Of a DNA stretch of 64,000 nt, positions 13,491-26,499 are shown one piece after another. The notes under the pieces are model-generated. The model saw nothing but the letters and a program-made list of their open reading frames with translations. It had not been told where the DNA came from and did no database searches. The stretch lies in NCBI GenBank assembly GCA_951406725.2, contig OX597819.1:93124001-93188000 (forward strand). The letters run 5' to 3'. The position numbers and the translations under genes are program-made. The first letter of the stretch is position 1; each line of letters begins with the position of its first letter. Source of the DNA: Octopus vulgaris. Taxonomy: Eukaryota.

Positions 13491-14708
13491 ATACATATAC
13501 ATATATCTATTTATTCATATTTGTATACATACGCGTGTATCTATGTAGATATAACCGAATAAAGAAAAGAGATACGAGAAAAATTTAAAGCGTGATAAAG
13601 TGAAAAACGTAGGTTTGTTTTACTTCTAGCTAACATTCGATTGAATTATATTTAAGCTTTTAAATTCGAAAATTATTTTATTAATAGAATGATTTTATTG
13701 AATGCCATTATGACAAGGATGGACAATTGAATGATTATGTTTATTTCAAAAATATTTCAACAGAAAGATTCATTTTCTCTTCTTTACTTTCGTTTTGAAT
13801 TTGTACTTCGTGAAGACCATAGAATTAGTCAGTTTCGGAGATATAAATAAAATATTGGAATGGAATTCTTCTAACGTAAGAAAGAAAGGGTTGGTTGAGA
13901 AAACGGTCGATATTTCTTTGGAATCGTATTTTACAGTTAGAATTCGGTCATTTGAAATCTAAATAGTAGGAGCAAGTTTTCAATAACCAGTTAATTTACA
14001 AAGCTCACATATTACAAATAGTAAGCACGCGCTTCTACAATACAAGTCATCGTCTACGTGGTCCCTCACCTGCTAGACATAGCAAACTAATCTCCCTCAA
14101 ATACTGCTTATCTCTTTAAGCGAAGTATTATATATTTTTCATGAAAATAAAAACAAAAGACTTTGATCAAGGTTGTAAGAAATTTGACAATAGCTCTGTT
14201 CGATAAGGGCTAGCGTGAATCTAAATCACAAGAACAATAATACCAACAGTGTGCAATGCTGAATACATATGTCTTTCAAACTATCGAAAATAAATCGTAA
14301 CTGCAGCATCCAGTTTTCGCTTTCTTAAATATTGAAATATGTATTCATCAAATTTCAATTGCATTCAATGTATTGAAGAGGGCTGAGTTGATCCAATTTG
14401 TCATCTATTTTCATAAGCAGCACGAAGATATTGCAAAGGTTTCTTTTATTCAACTAACGTTACATGTTGTGTAATAGAAACCCCATTAAAGGCTTTGATC
14501 ATTGTATAGCATGCAATAGTATATGCAGTGTTCCTGTAGCTGAATAAGCTGCAACTTAATGAATGCAATTACGCAACTCTTGTTCTGAATTAATGTTATC
14601 ATCTGTACCTATATTGTGATTTGTATGCATTCACAGTCACTACATGACGGAGTTTGTGAATATCGATTGTTACAAACATACATACATATATATATATATA
14701 CATGCATG

Positions 14709-14771
<63 letters not shown>

Positions 14772-14839
14772 GCATATATGTACATATATATTGCATATAT
14801 AAACGGCGGTGCATCAGCATGGCCGCAGCTCTGAGCTGA

Positions 14840-14903
<64 letters not shown>

Positions 14904-15075
14904 GTTTATATATTCGTTTTGCAAGATACTTGATGTGAAATCGTGTATTGAAACAGATGTTGTTATATTTGGGGACGGTCATGTTGCCAGTTTAGCCAAT
15001 AAAAACACATACACTATATATTTGGTGTTAATTTGCTTCAGCTTATTTTATTTTTTTATATTAATCTTATCTCCG

Positions 15076-15115
15076 CCAGAGTTCTTTCGTCACACTTCTG
15101 TGACCTCATCAGTGG
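15076..15115 (-). ncRNA. Minimal hammerhead-like motif in one arm of a palindrome (15079-15210)
   Basis: cca-CUGAUGA-g-gtcac/agaagt/gtgac-GAAA-gaac-UC-tgg. A degenerate sense copy lies at 15179-15210. Confidence 0.6.
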
Positions 15116-15339
15116 TCCTTTGCTTTCTTCTTTCTTATCTTATTTCACACAAATAAGAAAGAAGAAAGCAAAGGACTACTGATGAGGTCACAGAAGTGAA
15201 ATGAAAGCTCACGGCTTATTTTGCTGGGTATGATGGAGAGTGTCAGCTGTCCATCATAGTCAGTAGACTAAGGTGACACTCGTTTACTGATCATGCTTTA
15301 AGAATCCTACAAAGAATTCTTGTAGTTCTAAGCAATGCT

Positions 15340-16035
15340 GAATTTTGTAGAAGGTGTTCTACCATTATATTTGTAGCAATCATTTTTGAGTCATGATGGT
15401 AGTTGAATACTAATACTTCCAAGGGTACCAATTGCTTTTGATACCACGTCTACACTCCTCATTGACCACAACCTTCATATTTCCCACTTCAAATCGTCAC
15501 AGTTTTTTCATTTTTTCTTCTTTATCTTTGATCTTGTTGTTACCGGCACATGTTAAGTCGATTATCATAGATGTTCATTCTTTCTTTTCTTCCACCACAA
15601 CAACGTCCGGTTTCCGATGTCTGGTCAGGTGATCGCATTGATTCAAGGCATCCTGAAGAGTTTTGCAATTTTCATTCTCGGTGACTTCTTCTGTTGTATG
15701 ATCATGCAACGTCTTTGCTCATTGTACGTCGTGATTTCCACAGAGCTCCCAACGGATCATTCTTACCACATCATCATATCGTCTTTTGTATTCGCGTTGT
15801 ACCAATTTCGGGTATTCACTAATGATGTGCCATACCATTTCACCCCTCTTACCACACATTCTGCATTTGTCGCTGTCGGTAGTGTTGTCGATTCTGCACT
15901 TCAAATAGTCCTTAAAGATTGTTCTGGAGCTGCGCTTACAAGTGCTTCTGTCTCAATCTTCAGATAACTCCTCATCATCAATAAAAACCAATCTTTTGTA
16001 TCTTGTGTTCGTATCTCTTCAAAACTGACTGTAAA
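15340..16035 (-). mobile_element. 3' fragment of a restriction-like-endonuclease LINE (R4/Dong-like)
   Basis: KIETEALVSAAPEQ, CRMC..HIISE (degenerate CCHC), YKRRYDDV (RHD motif), RKPDVVVVE..IIDL (PD-D RLE motif), LW..IGTLG. Confidence 0.85.
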
Positions 16036-16084
16036 TATTTTCTCTTTCCATGCTGTTATTACCATCATCATCATCATTATTATT

Positions 16085-16639
16085 GAGTGAGAGAGCAATG
16101 AATGCCATCAAAGTGACACTAGCGTAAAAATATACGAAGTCCAGTATACCCATCATGACTATCCGTCTGATAAGGTTACACCAGACACATCCATGCTAAC
16201 CATGTGTACCAGACATTGTGATATCCTGTCAAGATAAACAGCGCATGACTTTGCAGGTGGGGCCCAGTTTGAATTTTCGTCAGGTCGAGTATCCCGCCCC
16301 ACTCAAAATGTCCCTGAATAAGGGATTTTAAGGATGTTGAATAAAACACCTATGTTTCCAAAGGTGAATTATCCAAACCCCCAAAGAATTCCTCTCAGCG
16401 CATAGCTATGATGCTCCCCACTACTTCTGCTCCTTATCAGAGATGCACATATCGTTAGCCACCAAGGGACACGCTCAACCGGTTATGGTCAAACAACTGA
16501 CAAGTAAATATGTAGTATTATTGAGCAGAATATTTGTTGTGGCCCATTTTCATACCGAGAGAAAACAATGTACATTATAACACTTGCAATCAGTTAATAT
16601 CAGAAGACATGAGAGCCACGGTCTGTTACTGCATCAAGG

Positions 16640-16640
<1 letters not shown>
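16085..16640. repeat. Interspersed repeat E (partial inverted copy at 38-145)
   Basis: 16524-16640 matches the reverse complement of 38-145. Both copies abut trinucleotide repeats. Confidence 0.7.
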
Positions 16641-16691
<51 letters not shown>

Positions 16692-17468
16692 TATCATCAT
16701 CATCATCATTACCATCATCATCACTATCAACATCATCATCATCATTACCATCATCATCACTATCAACATCATCATTATCGTCGTCGTCATCGTCTCATTT
16801 TGTCGCCTTTCCATTGAAAACTTGCTACTTAAAGAAAAACGGCAGGGAAAGATTCTCAGCGATTTATTCCTGCCATTTCCCTAATACAGAGTTCTGGCTT
16901 TATTCAAAGTGTGTATTCTAAAAGTAAATAAGGAATAATAACCATAATATTACATTATCCCACAATGTATCTATGTGATGAGTTTGCGCTTGTGTCTGTG
17001 TGTGTGTCTGTGTGAGTAGGTGTGTGATTATTAGTTGGGATAAAATTATTTGCAGAAGCCATTTAGCGTTATAGTTGAAAGCTTTGAACAATCCTTTGAA
17101 ACCAAGAACTACTCGAAACGTAACACATATATATATATGTATCCAAATGAATCTTGATTTCATAGAACATATACACACGCGCGCCCATACAAATTTATGT
17201 TTGTGTGTGTGTTTGTGCGACTGTTTTAGAGATTATCGAAAAATATGTATTCTTGCTCGATATCGAAGACATAGCACATCTATTTACAGAGTTAAACCAC
17301 TGCTAAAAATACAAATCGGAAAGCACTTAGACAATCGAAAGATAAAAAGAGCCTATATACAAGATAAGGAAATGAAAGAAAATACGAAAGAAGACTGTCT
17401 GTGTTTCTAAGAAATACTAAGTTTTGTAATCTTATAGTAAAGAATAATGGTGGAAGAATTATAGCATG

Positions 17469-17499
<31 letters not shown>

Positions 17500-17544
17500 T
17501 ATATATATTGTTATACAAAGTGGCCTATTTAAATATTATATTCG

Positions 17545-17616
<72 letters not shown>

Positions 17617-17934
17617 TTATACATATGTATATATATATGTGTATATATAAATGTATGTATGTACACATCTATATTTATGTATGTATATATATATATATAT
17701 TTATCTATGTTTGCGTGAGTCTGTGCATGTGTGCGTCTGTCTGTCTGTCTGTTAGTACTTATGCATGCATTATGTATGTCTGTATGTATGCATGCGTGTT
17801 TGTATGTGTGTATGTATGTTTGTAGGGCCACAATATCTAGGTCGATAATGTATTATCGCATTTTTAATATTATAATATTCGAACGAAGAAAATATAATAA
17901 TAAGAAAATAATTAAATTGAAATAAATAATCTTG

Positions 17935-18251
17935 CCAATAATGATTTTCTGGTTTTCTCCTTTCGTAACAAAAAGCCGAAGACATCGCAAATTCGGCCAT
18001 TGTCAACCAATTAGAAGTCAACAAAGAGATGAAATATGTCGACTTGAAGTGCAATGAATTAGTGTTTTGTAAGATAGAACTGGATGGATTATAGAACAAT
18101 GAAACAAAAACACTGTAGTTTCTCGATTAACGAAATAAAAGACAGACTTTTCAGATGAAAAGTACGTTCCTTCGGTGTCAGTATCATGACCAATATCATC
18201 ATTGATGTAGCCGTCGTCTTCGTCGTCAGTATTATCTTCGTAAACTTCATC
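17935..18251 (+). repeat. Low-copy duplication, near-identical to 35950-36266
   Basis: About 5 substitutions in ~316 bp by eye. No TE signature. Confidence 0.95.
17976..18068 (+). other. Candidate 93-nt phase 1-1 coding exon (xEDIANSAIVNQLEVNKEMKYVDLKCNELVFx)
   Basis: Pyrimidine tract + AAG acceptor, open 31-codon frame, GTAAGA donor. Duplicated at 35991-36083 (one A->S change). Confidence 0.4.
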
Positions 18252-18761
18252 AGCACCACCATCACCATCGTCGTTGTTTACGTTTTCGTCTTTGGCGTTG
18301 TCTTCGCCGCCGCCGCCGCCTACATCAACACCATCATTGTTGTTACCGACGGCGACGGCAGCATCGTCATCGGCAGCTGGGGTGCCGTCGTCGTCGCTAT
18401 TATCGTCGTCGTCGCCGCCATCTACTTCATCGTCCTTACCATCATCGTCATCGACATTTTCGTCGTCTTAGCCGTAGTTGTCGTCAACGTCGTCCTCTTC
18501 ATTAAATTTATCATCAACACCATTGTCGTCATCATCAACATTATCAACATTTTTGCCGTCGTTTTTAGCAGTACAACTGCCTCTCGTTCTTGTCGCTTTT
18601 GTTTTGTGTTGTGGTGACCCTTAATTTTTACTTCTATCAACATAGAAACATGAAAACTGTCGAAAAAAAAAATTGATAATAACCGTTCCTCTTATCTAAC
18701 ACATACCAAAGACCCTCCTCCGGCTGACTTGCATTGAACAGATTTCCTTTTTTTTTATTTT

Positions 18762-18986
18762 GATTACTATCCAAGAAATATTAAAGCCACCTATGTTTTA
18801 GTTTACCCCACCTCTGTTTGACAAAGGCTGTTAACTGAAGGATTTCCAAACTTGAGCATCTAGTGTTACATTGGTAAATGAATCTCATCAGTTTACAAGA
18901 CAGCAATGTCTAATTTGTAAGATTACACTGCTATTACTTGCAAGGCAAGCGACCATATAGTAGTATTCTAATTGGTTCACATGTAG
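18762..18986 (+). pseudogene. FN3-like pseudo-exon
   Basis: After a poly-T tract: DYYPRNIKATYV..SV*..CYIG..SNL*DYTAITCKA (PRNI and NL..YT..TC FN3-like motifs). Six stops, so the call rests on motif resemblance only. Confidence 0.35.
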
Positions 18987-19252
18987 GTATATAGGGATTG
19001 CTATTGGTAATAGTTTCCTATTTAGGCACAGAATCAACAATTTTTAGGAAAAGTGGTAAGACGATGACATTGACCCTATAGTGTTGAAGGGAAAACTTGT
19101 TTAATTAACTCCGGCAGACGGAAAGCAAATTCGATTTCGGCGTTATTAGAACTCAGAGAGTAAAATGACAGAATGCTGCCACTCAATATGTTCAGCGACC
19201 AGGCGGCGAGCAGGCAGAATCGTTAGCACGCCGGGCGAAATGCGTAGCCGTA

Positions 19253-20544
19253 CGAGGGGCGTTCAATAAGTAATGCCCCTGACCCACTTCCCATAGCAGT
19301 AGAGCAACGAAACTTAGCACAGTTATTAGTCTTGTTCTACATAGCAACCACCCAGAGTTACACACTACTCCCATCGTTTGTGGCAGCTATGGAGACCGTT
19401 TTTGTAGAAGACCCCAGCTTGGACCTCCAACCACGACTTGGCTTCAGAAATCAAGGCTGCATCATCTGGGAAACGCTTTCCTTTCAAAAACAACTTCCTG
19501 GCTGGGGAGAGGTGGAAATCAGAGGGTGCAAGGTCAGGAGAGTAGGGGGGATGGGGGAGGAGTTCTTAGCCGCACTCCTGTGCTTCTGATCTGGCGACAC
19601 GTGAGTTGTGGACCGGAGCGTTGTCCTGCAGGAGGAGGATGCCATTGCTGATCTTGCCCCGCCTCTTGATTTTGATAGCTTCTCTTAATTTCCTCAAAAG
19701 TGAAGCATAATAGGCTCCTGTAATTGTGGTACCCTTTGCCAGGAAATCTGTCATCACTACTCCGTCCTGGTCCCAGAAGACTGTGAGCATGACCTTGCCA
19801 GCGGAGGGCTGCACCCTTGCCTTCTTTGGAGGAGGTGAGTCACGGTGCTTCCACTGAATTGACTGGGCTTTGGTCTCTGGATCATAGTGATGGACCCAGG
19901 TTTCATCCTGTGTAATCAGTCTTTTGAAAGTTTTGACCCATCTTCTTGGCACATCTCCAAATTCATCCTCGAGCACTCGACGCATTCTTGCTTCTGGAAA
20001 GGTGTGAGCAACCTGGGAATTCATCTGGCAGACACCTTTTGCATATGCAAATGGTCATGAATGATAGTTTCCACAGACCCGGTACTAATCTTGACCTCTT
20101 GGGCTATTTGGCGAATAGTTATGAGTTGATCTTCCAAAATGGCAGCCTCAACTTGACGGACAGATGCCTCATCAATGGCAGAAGGGGGTCGACCAGATCT
20201 GGGAGCTGTTTCCACAGAGTTCCGACCATATTTGAATTCACGATGCCAGCGTTTTACAGGGTCATATGACGGGGCATCATCACCATAAGTTACTTTCATT
20301 TCATCAAAAGTCTCCCGTGGTGTGCGTCCTTTCAAATACAAAAACCGGATCACTGCTCGACACTCAACAGGCTTTATTTCACACTTGACTCAGTTCAAAC
20401 ACTTGTAAATCAGAAACCACAATTAGTTCAGAGTTGTAATTTGCCACTTAATCTATATAGATATAAATAATTGCACATGCAAAATGTCAGCTAGATCAAA
20501 CAACAGCAAGTGGGTCAGGGGCATTACTTATTGAACGTCCCTCG
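19253..20544 (-). mobile_element. Full-length mariner DNA transposon (1292 bp), inactive
   Basis: 37-bp terminal inverted repeats (19253-19289 and 20508-20544, 1 mismatch), flanked by a TA duplication (19251-52, 20545-46). Encloses a transposase pseudogene. Confidence 0.97.
19326..20377 (-). pseudogene. Mariner DD34D transposase, disrupted
   Basis: N-terminal HTH (RWHREFK..RSGRP); KVSAR*IPRLL (WVPRLL with W->stop); TQDETW; LQDNA; HPPYSPDLAPSD, with 34 residues between the 2nd and 3rd Asp. The start codon appears mutated (ATA), and there are several stops and frameshifts. Confidence 0.95.
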
Positions 20545-21517
20545 TATTTCGTCTGCCGTTACGTCCTGAGTTCAAATTCCGCCGAGGTCGACTTTGCCTT
20601 TCATCCTTTCGGAGTCGATTAAATAAGTAGCAGTTACGCACTGGGGTCGATATAATCGACTTAATCCGTTTGTCTGTCCTTGTTTGTCCCCTCTGTGTTT
20701 AACCCCTTGTGGGTAGTAAAGAAATAGGTATTTCGTCTGTCGTTACGTTTTTGAGTTCAAATTCCGCCAAGGTCGACTTTGCCTTTCATCCTTACGGTGT
20801 CGATTAAATAAGTACCAGTTACGCACTGGGGTTGGTGTAATTGACTTTTTTCCTTTTTCATTGTTTGTCCCCTCTATGTTTAGCCCCCTGAGGGCAATAA
20901 AGAAATAAGTTCAGCTACCAATTCATTGCCTTTATTGACAGTATTATTAATAACAATCCCAAAGCATCTACCCGGCAGAGTCGTTACCGCCCCGGAACAA
21001 AAATGCCTGGAAGAATTTCTTCTGGTTCATTATGTTCCCCAAGATTCCAGACCTTATGCCTACAGTAAAAAGAAATAATGTCAATATTAGGAGTGGTTTA
21101 GACTGGTTGAAATGATTGAATTCACTACGTAAAGACTCGAGTGGATAAAAGAATTAGGTATCCATACTGAAAAAGAAAATTAGAAATACTCCTGTAGACG
21201 ACAACGAGGAGTAGCTAAGCAAGCTCATGAAAAAGCCACTACATTGTCATGCTACATATAGTAGCAAAGATTTAATTCACGTCATACCATAATACCTAAA
21301 AAGAAGTAAACGACTAAATGTTACTGAATGTGTGTCGTTAGAATTGTAATCAATGACTCAGCCCTTCATTATTCAATAATTTGTAGGCGAGTACAGATAT
21401 GCGTTTGCATCCTCAAACTGATTCTTTGAAGTTTGAAAATATTAGTGCTCATTTTCTCCTACGAAACTTCAAGCAAGGTTAAACTGAGTCAAGTTCCTAC
21501 ACACGCACGCGTGCATG

Positions 21518-21585
<68 letters not shown>

Positions 21586-22147
21586 ATCAAAATGAGGGTG
21601 AAAAATTGGATATTAATTTGATAACATCAATTTAACACCAGTGGTCTAGCATATTAAAAAACTAAGGTTCAGTAAATTGTATTACATACATATGAGAGGA
21701 ATGGTCAAAGAGTGAATGCTAATTCGTCCTTTAATTTGAAGGTTTCCAAACAATATTTTTAATGTTGATTCTTCATATTTTGCTGGTAGTTTACAAGCGT
21801 AAATTTGCGAAGATATGAAAGTAACATTTGTCTATGATGTATGGTTAATTTATGGAAAGAAGTCCCAAAATCTCATCAATTCAGTTTAAAATGGAGAAGA
21901 CTAATTGTTAAAATATATGAGATAATTTTAATTCTTGTAGACGATCGTTTCGTAGAGATATAAAAATAATGAAAATTCATGATTGAATTAGATTAAATGA
22001 ATTAAATTAATCTAATTATATATATTGTACTCTTCAGTGCAGGAAGTTTTAAAATATTTTTCTTTCAATGAACTTGTGAAAGAATATAGCAGAAGAATAT
22101 ATATATATATATATATATACTTATATATATATATATATATATATATA

Positions 22148-22411
22148 GTGGCTGCCCCCTCGTTATCGAGTATGGCCATTACACGAAGCTTAATCAATGT
22201 TGTTATCGTGCAATGCCTGTGCAAGAAGATTTTTTTAAAGTGAGGAAAGGCCGTGCACTGAGTCAATCCCACTCACTAAGCAACAGCAGCCATAATCCGA
22301 AAAGAAGAACAAGTCAACATCTTCGGTAACCACTGAGCCGCAGGTTTTATGTCAGAGTCATCCCAGTTACCTGAGTTACCTTCTCCTAGAAGGATGCCCG
22401 AACAAAGGCTA
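22148..22411. repeat. Interspersed repeat family D (second copy 59742-60050)
   Basis: ~265 bp highly similar to 59742-60005. Both copies sit directly beside TA/TACA microsatellites. Confidence 0.85.
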
Positions 22412-23935
22412 TATATATACAGAGGAGAAATAAATTAAAGGTAATTTAGGAAGTGACAGTATAAAATATCAACAAAGAAACTCAGTAACAAAAATTACTA
22501 TACACGAAGTTCCTGGTTTTGATAGATTATCATAATCATTATTCAGGAAGGTAAATTGATCAAACCGTAATCATTCCTGCTTTATGAGAATAACATTTAC
22601 AGGAAAGGAACTCCAGAGGGCCGACGATCTGAGAACGAAATATTGTGTGTAGTAATTTGTACGGAGCTAGGTGTGTTTGATACAGTAAACATGGTGGGAT
22701 GGAGAGAGGCAAATTGGATTCCAGCAGAGATGACATAAGCCCAATCAATTCGTAGGGGTAATGGCTGTCCACTACAGTAGCGATAAGAAAATATGGCTGT
22801 CCACAGCAGTAGCGGTAGAACAAGGAAAATAGTTTGGTATTCATTGTTTGTTCGTCTTATATTAAACCTTGAGCAGAGCTGTTCTGACTACTGTCCAACA
22901 TAAACGATAAGATCTGAATTTACAACTTAAACCTCGTTAGCCTTTCAGCCAACTAGAAACAGCAGCTAATATGCTTCACTTAGCAAATCATCACAAACTC
23001 AGAGGGATGCATTATATGATACATAACAATTTTACTACACTCCCATCTGTATAAACATCATTTCGGTAAAATTGATTGGAAAGCTTCTAGCAATAAATGC
23101 AGTATTAATTGCCTTACTAGTTTAAGTCATTATATCAATATTGTACAACATATCTTTCGAATCGTTGGTATTGTATACTTACGTTAGAAGAATAGGATCA
23201 GTTTTGGAACTGAGGTGGATATTACTGTGTGTTATTAACTTGTCAATAAGGAAGATTTTATTCTTAGACTGCTTGATTAAGAATAATTTCATTGCATCAC
23301 TGATCTCCTTAATCATGTTACGGGCATACGCTGACACCTGAATTTCATACTAAATTAATAAACCGGGATCAGATCATGATATTTCTCTACGTGCTGAAAG
23401 CATTGAAGAAAGGCTTGCGGCAACGGATCTGTCTTTATATACATGCGCATGTTCAGACTTATATACGTAAGTGCGTATAAGTAAAACTATATAAGCATGC
23501 ACGAATACACACATATATGTGATATAAAAACATGTATATATATGCCTTCATATATATACGCACACACAAACACATACACACACATATACATACATATATA
23601 TATATACACTCACACACACATATATATATATACAAACATATATATATGCATACATACATATACATGTGAAACAGTTATAAAAGCATAAATGTAACTGTGT
23701 GTATATGTATATGCGAAATGGATGAATACGTTATTTCGATCGTATTGGTCTATAATCCACTATTCTAAAGCCTTTATTTATTCACAACCTTAGAATATGA
23801 CTACCGCTATTTCACGAAGCCTAATATTCGCTAAACCTAATCATTGTATATATACTAACTTCTTGACGGGTCTTGTCGAGTATTTGCCTTCCTGAAACAA
23901 CAGCCGCAACGTTGTAGAGAAATGAAGAAATCCAT

Positions 23936-24378
23936 ATATACTAGCCTAAGTTGACCCGCTCTACGCGCGGGTAGGAGTGTGGTTGTTACTTTCTGATAAT
24001 AAAACTCTATGAATGCAGACAGATATTCAGAGAGAGGGGGAGGCGGTGGAGGAAAGAGGGACAGCGCTGGCGAAGGTAGCGGGGGAAATATAGTAGTATC
24101 TGTCAAACGTTGTTATAGAGAGGAATTGATGAAAAGGGAGGAAACAGAGAGAGATGGAGGAAGACATACACATATGAGAAGGAGAGGAGACGTGTCAAAG
24201 CGTGCGTTTTTTGCCCTGGTAACAACACTTTTTAAGATAGGGATTTCTAAGCTAGCCCACACGCATCCTCACTCCATTTTACATGTCCCTGTAAATTTTG
24301 GAGTCAATCCGACGTGATCTAGTGGCCTTTAACCCGTTCCAATGTCAAAACCTGACAAACTAACATTTCGCATTTCAG

Positions 24379-24385
<7 letters not shown>
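23936..24385. mobile_element. Helentron/DINE-1-like (HINE-like) non-autonomous element; related architecture at 54678-54953
   Basis: tatactagc..gacccgctctacgcgcggg hairpin end; aaattttggagtcaatccga..acaaactaacatttcgcattt..atat other end. Confidence 0.55.
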
Positions 24386-24424
<39 letters not shown>

Positions 24425-24492
24425 ATACATACATAAATATGTATGTATGTATATGTGTGTATGATGTATGTGTATGTATAAGCATACATATC

Positions 24493-25657
24493 CTAGGAGG
24501 TGACGGCACCAGGGAAGGCCAAAAGGATGAAGAAAACATCCAGGACCCAACAGAAGACAAAACCGAGAAACCTAGAACACAGGGAAACAATGACACATGT
24601 CCAGCTCCCAACACCACAACTAAAGACCAAATAGGTGCGATGACCGCAAGAAAAGAAAAACACCCTAAAATTGATGGGAAACAGGAGGTAAAAGGCAACA
24701 AAATCAAAGCTAAAACAAACCCTGTCCAGAGAAAACATAAGGACCCCAGCAAGAACTATAAGGGCAAAGAAAGAAACATCTGCAAATTCTACCTGAAGGG
24801 GGACTGCTGGTACGGCGTCGAAGGTGCGAACTGTCGCTTTGCACATCAGAGGCCCTACCAAAACCGCACGGACGCGAGACAGGGGTCCCTTCCTTGGGGA
24901 GAACAAAAAGAAAAAGAAAAATATAAAAGAAGGAAAAAAAGCGCACTGACCACTCCTGAAAGACGATATGCGGATGTGGTGCGCGGTAACCCAACAAATG
25001 GCCAGCTTCACCCAGATGTGAGAGGGGCAGCAGCTGTTTTTGTGCATGGCACAAAAATTGTTCAGCAGCTGACCTGGCTACAAGCACAAAGCTGGAACTA
25101 CCACCACATAAGGCCACCACCAACAGATGCAGGATGGCCACCACAAGCACCAACACCAACACACACACCACAAAAATATTTCTACAGAACGTAGGAGGGC
25201 TGCTGCGCGGAAACTGTAAAAGGAAAATCTCACTCCAGAGAGACCTTGTGACATGCAATCAAGCTATATGCATGGCACTCACAGAAACGCATCTTGAACC
25301 CGATATAGGTGATGCAGAAATACACATGCCGCAATATGCAGTCATGCGCACAGATAGAAAAGGGAGGAACCATGGTGGAATTGCAATGTACATCCGAGAT
25401 GACCTCACGCCACAGGTCCTGTTGTCATATTCATACTCAGTGTGTGAAACCCAAATTGTACACATAAGACAACTGAATATCGTCATATGCACTACATATC
25501 GCCCACCATATGCCCCAAATCACTCAGGCATGTTTGAAGACTGCCTAACAAAAGTAGAAGTCCTCACCAACCTTGAACAACACAACAGTGTATTCTTCAT
25601 GGGTGACTTTAACTTCCCCAATGTGGAATGGCCTGGGGGCAGATGCTCTCAGGGATG
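24493..25657 (+). mobile_element. 5' part of a CR1/L2-group LINE: ORF1 with CCCH zinc finger, plus N-terminal APE endonuclease of ORF2; 3' truncated
   Basis: ORF 24439-25194 contains CKFYLKGDCWYGVEGANCRFAH. Overlapping ORF 25134-25658 has the APE motifs QNVGGL, LTETHL, HGGIAMYIR, TYRPP, MGDFN. Clade assignment is approximate. Confidence 0.85.
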
Positions 25658-25685
25658 ACACACTCGGCTCGGCTCGGCTCGGCTC

Positions 25686-26340
25686 GAATTTAGGTTCGGG
25701 CTCTGGGGAGGCCATTCGATTACGTCAAAATTATGGTGATCAAATAATTCCATTACCTATTTTGATTTGTACACAGGACTGTTGTCCTGCTGATAAATAG
25801 CCTCCAGAGGCATTTGGTGAGTCAAATATGGCACATTATCCTTTATTAGATTCATAAAACCTATACTATTTAGCTTTCCATCACCTTTAACTAGAGGGCC
25901 AACACCAAAGCTACTAAATGCCGCCCACACCATCACTCCCACGTCTTTTTCACGCATTTCGGATGGAATTCCTCGGTTGGGCGACGTCTGACATATGTTT
26001 TACCATCTCATCCAAATATTCAGAAGCGTAACTCGTCACTCCAAAGGTCCCTGCACCAATCTTCGGCTGTCCATTGAGCATTGCTTTTTGCGAAATTAAG
26101 ACGTTTGAGTTGACTTTTTCTTATATTATTGGCTTTTTCCTAGCGATTCGTCTAAACGGTTGCGGACGGTTTATGGTGTAAAATAACACCATTCTCGTTG
26201 GACAATTGTTTACAAATGTCAACGTCTATCAATATTCAGTTGCCTTCCGAAAGTGGGTGGATTCCACGGTCCAACTGCGCCATTGTTTTTCTTGGGGCGC
26301 CAGTCCTTTGCCGATCTATATATTGACCAGTCTCCGAAAA
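25686..26340 (-). mobile_element. Tc1-like transposase fragment (degenerate)
   Basis: LWSDELRF, VMVWAAFSSFGVGPLV, YQQDNSPVYKSK and EWPPQSPNLN motifs across frameshifts. No TIRs identified. Confidence 0.88.
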
Positions 26341-26499
26341 TAACTTACACGCTTGCACGCTAGCCGTTTAATACTGCACTTTAGTAGTTTGCTGATGTTC
26401 GAAAAGGAAACTTTTTGCTGCTGGAATAACACGATTTTTGCTCTCTTGACTGGACTACGTTTCTAGCCCTATTTTCCTTCTTAGGTGGAAGGTGAAGAA

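Larger units (their letters stand above)
19202..20908 (+). mobile_element. SINE family A with tandemly duplicated 3' body, split by the mariner
   Basis: Head 19202-19252, continuing at 20547-20728 and repeated at ~20729-20908. TSD gttcagc(g/t)acca at 19190-19201 and 20909-20920. Confidence 0.92.

Noticed and set aside
18186-18617. 143-aa hydrophobic, multi-TM-looking ORF
   Set aside because: Built from (CAT/CGT/CGC)n trinucleotide low-complexity sequence; the paralogous position at 36270 onward diverges completely.
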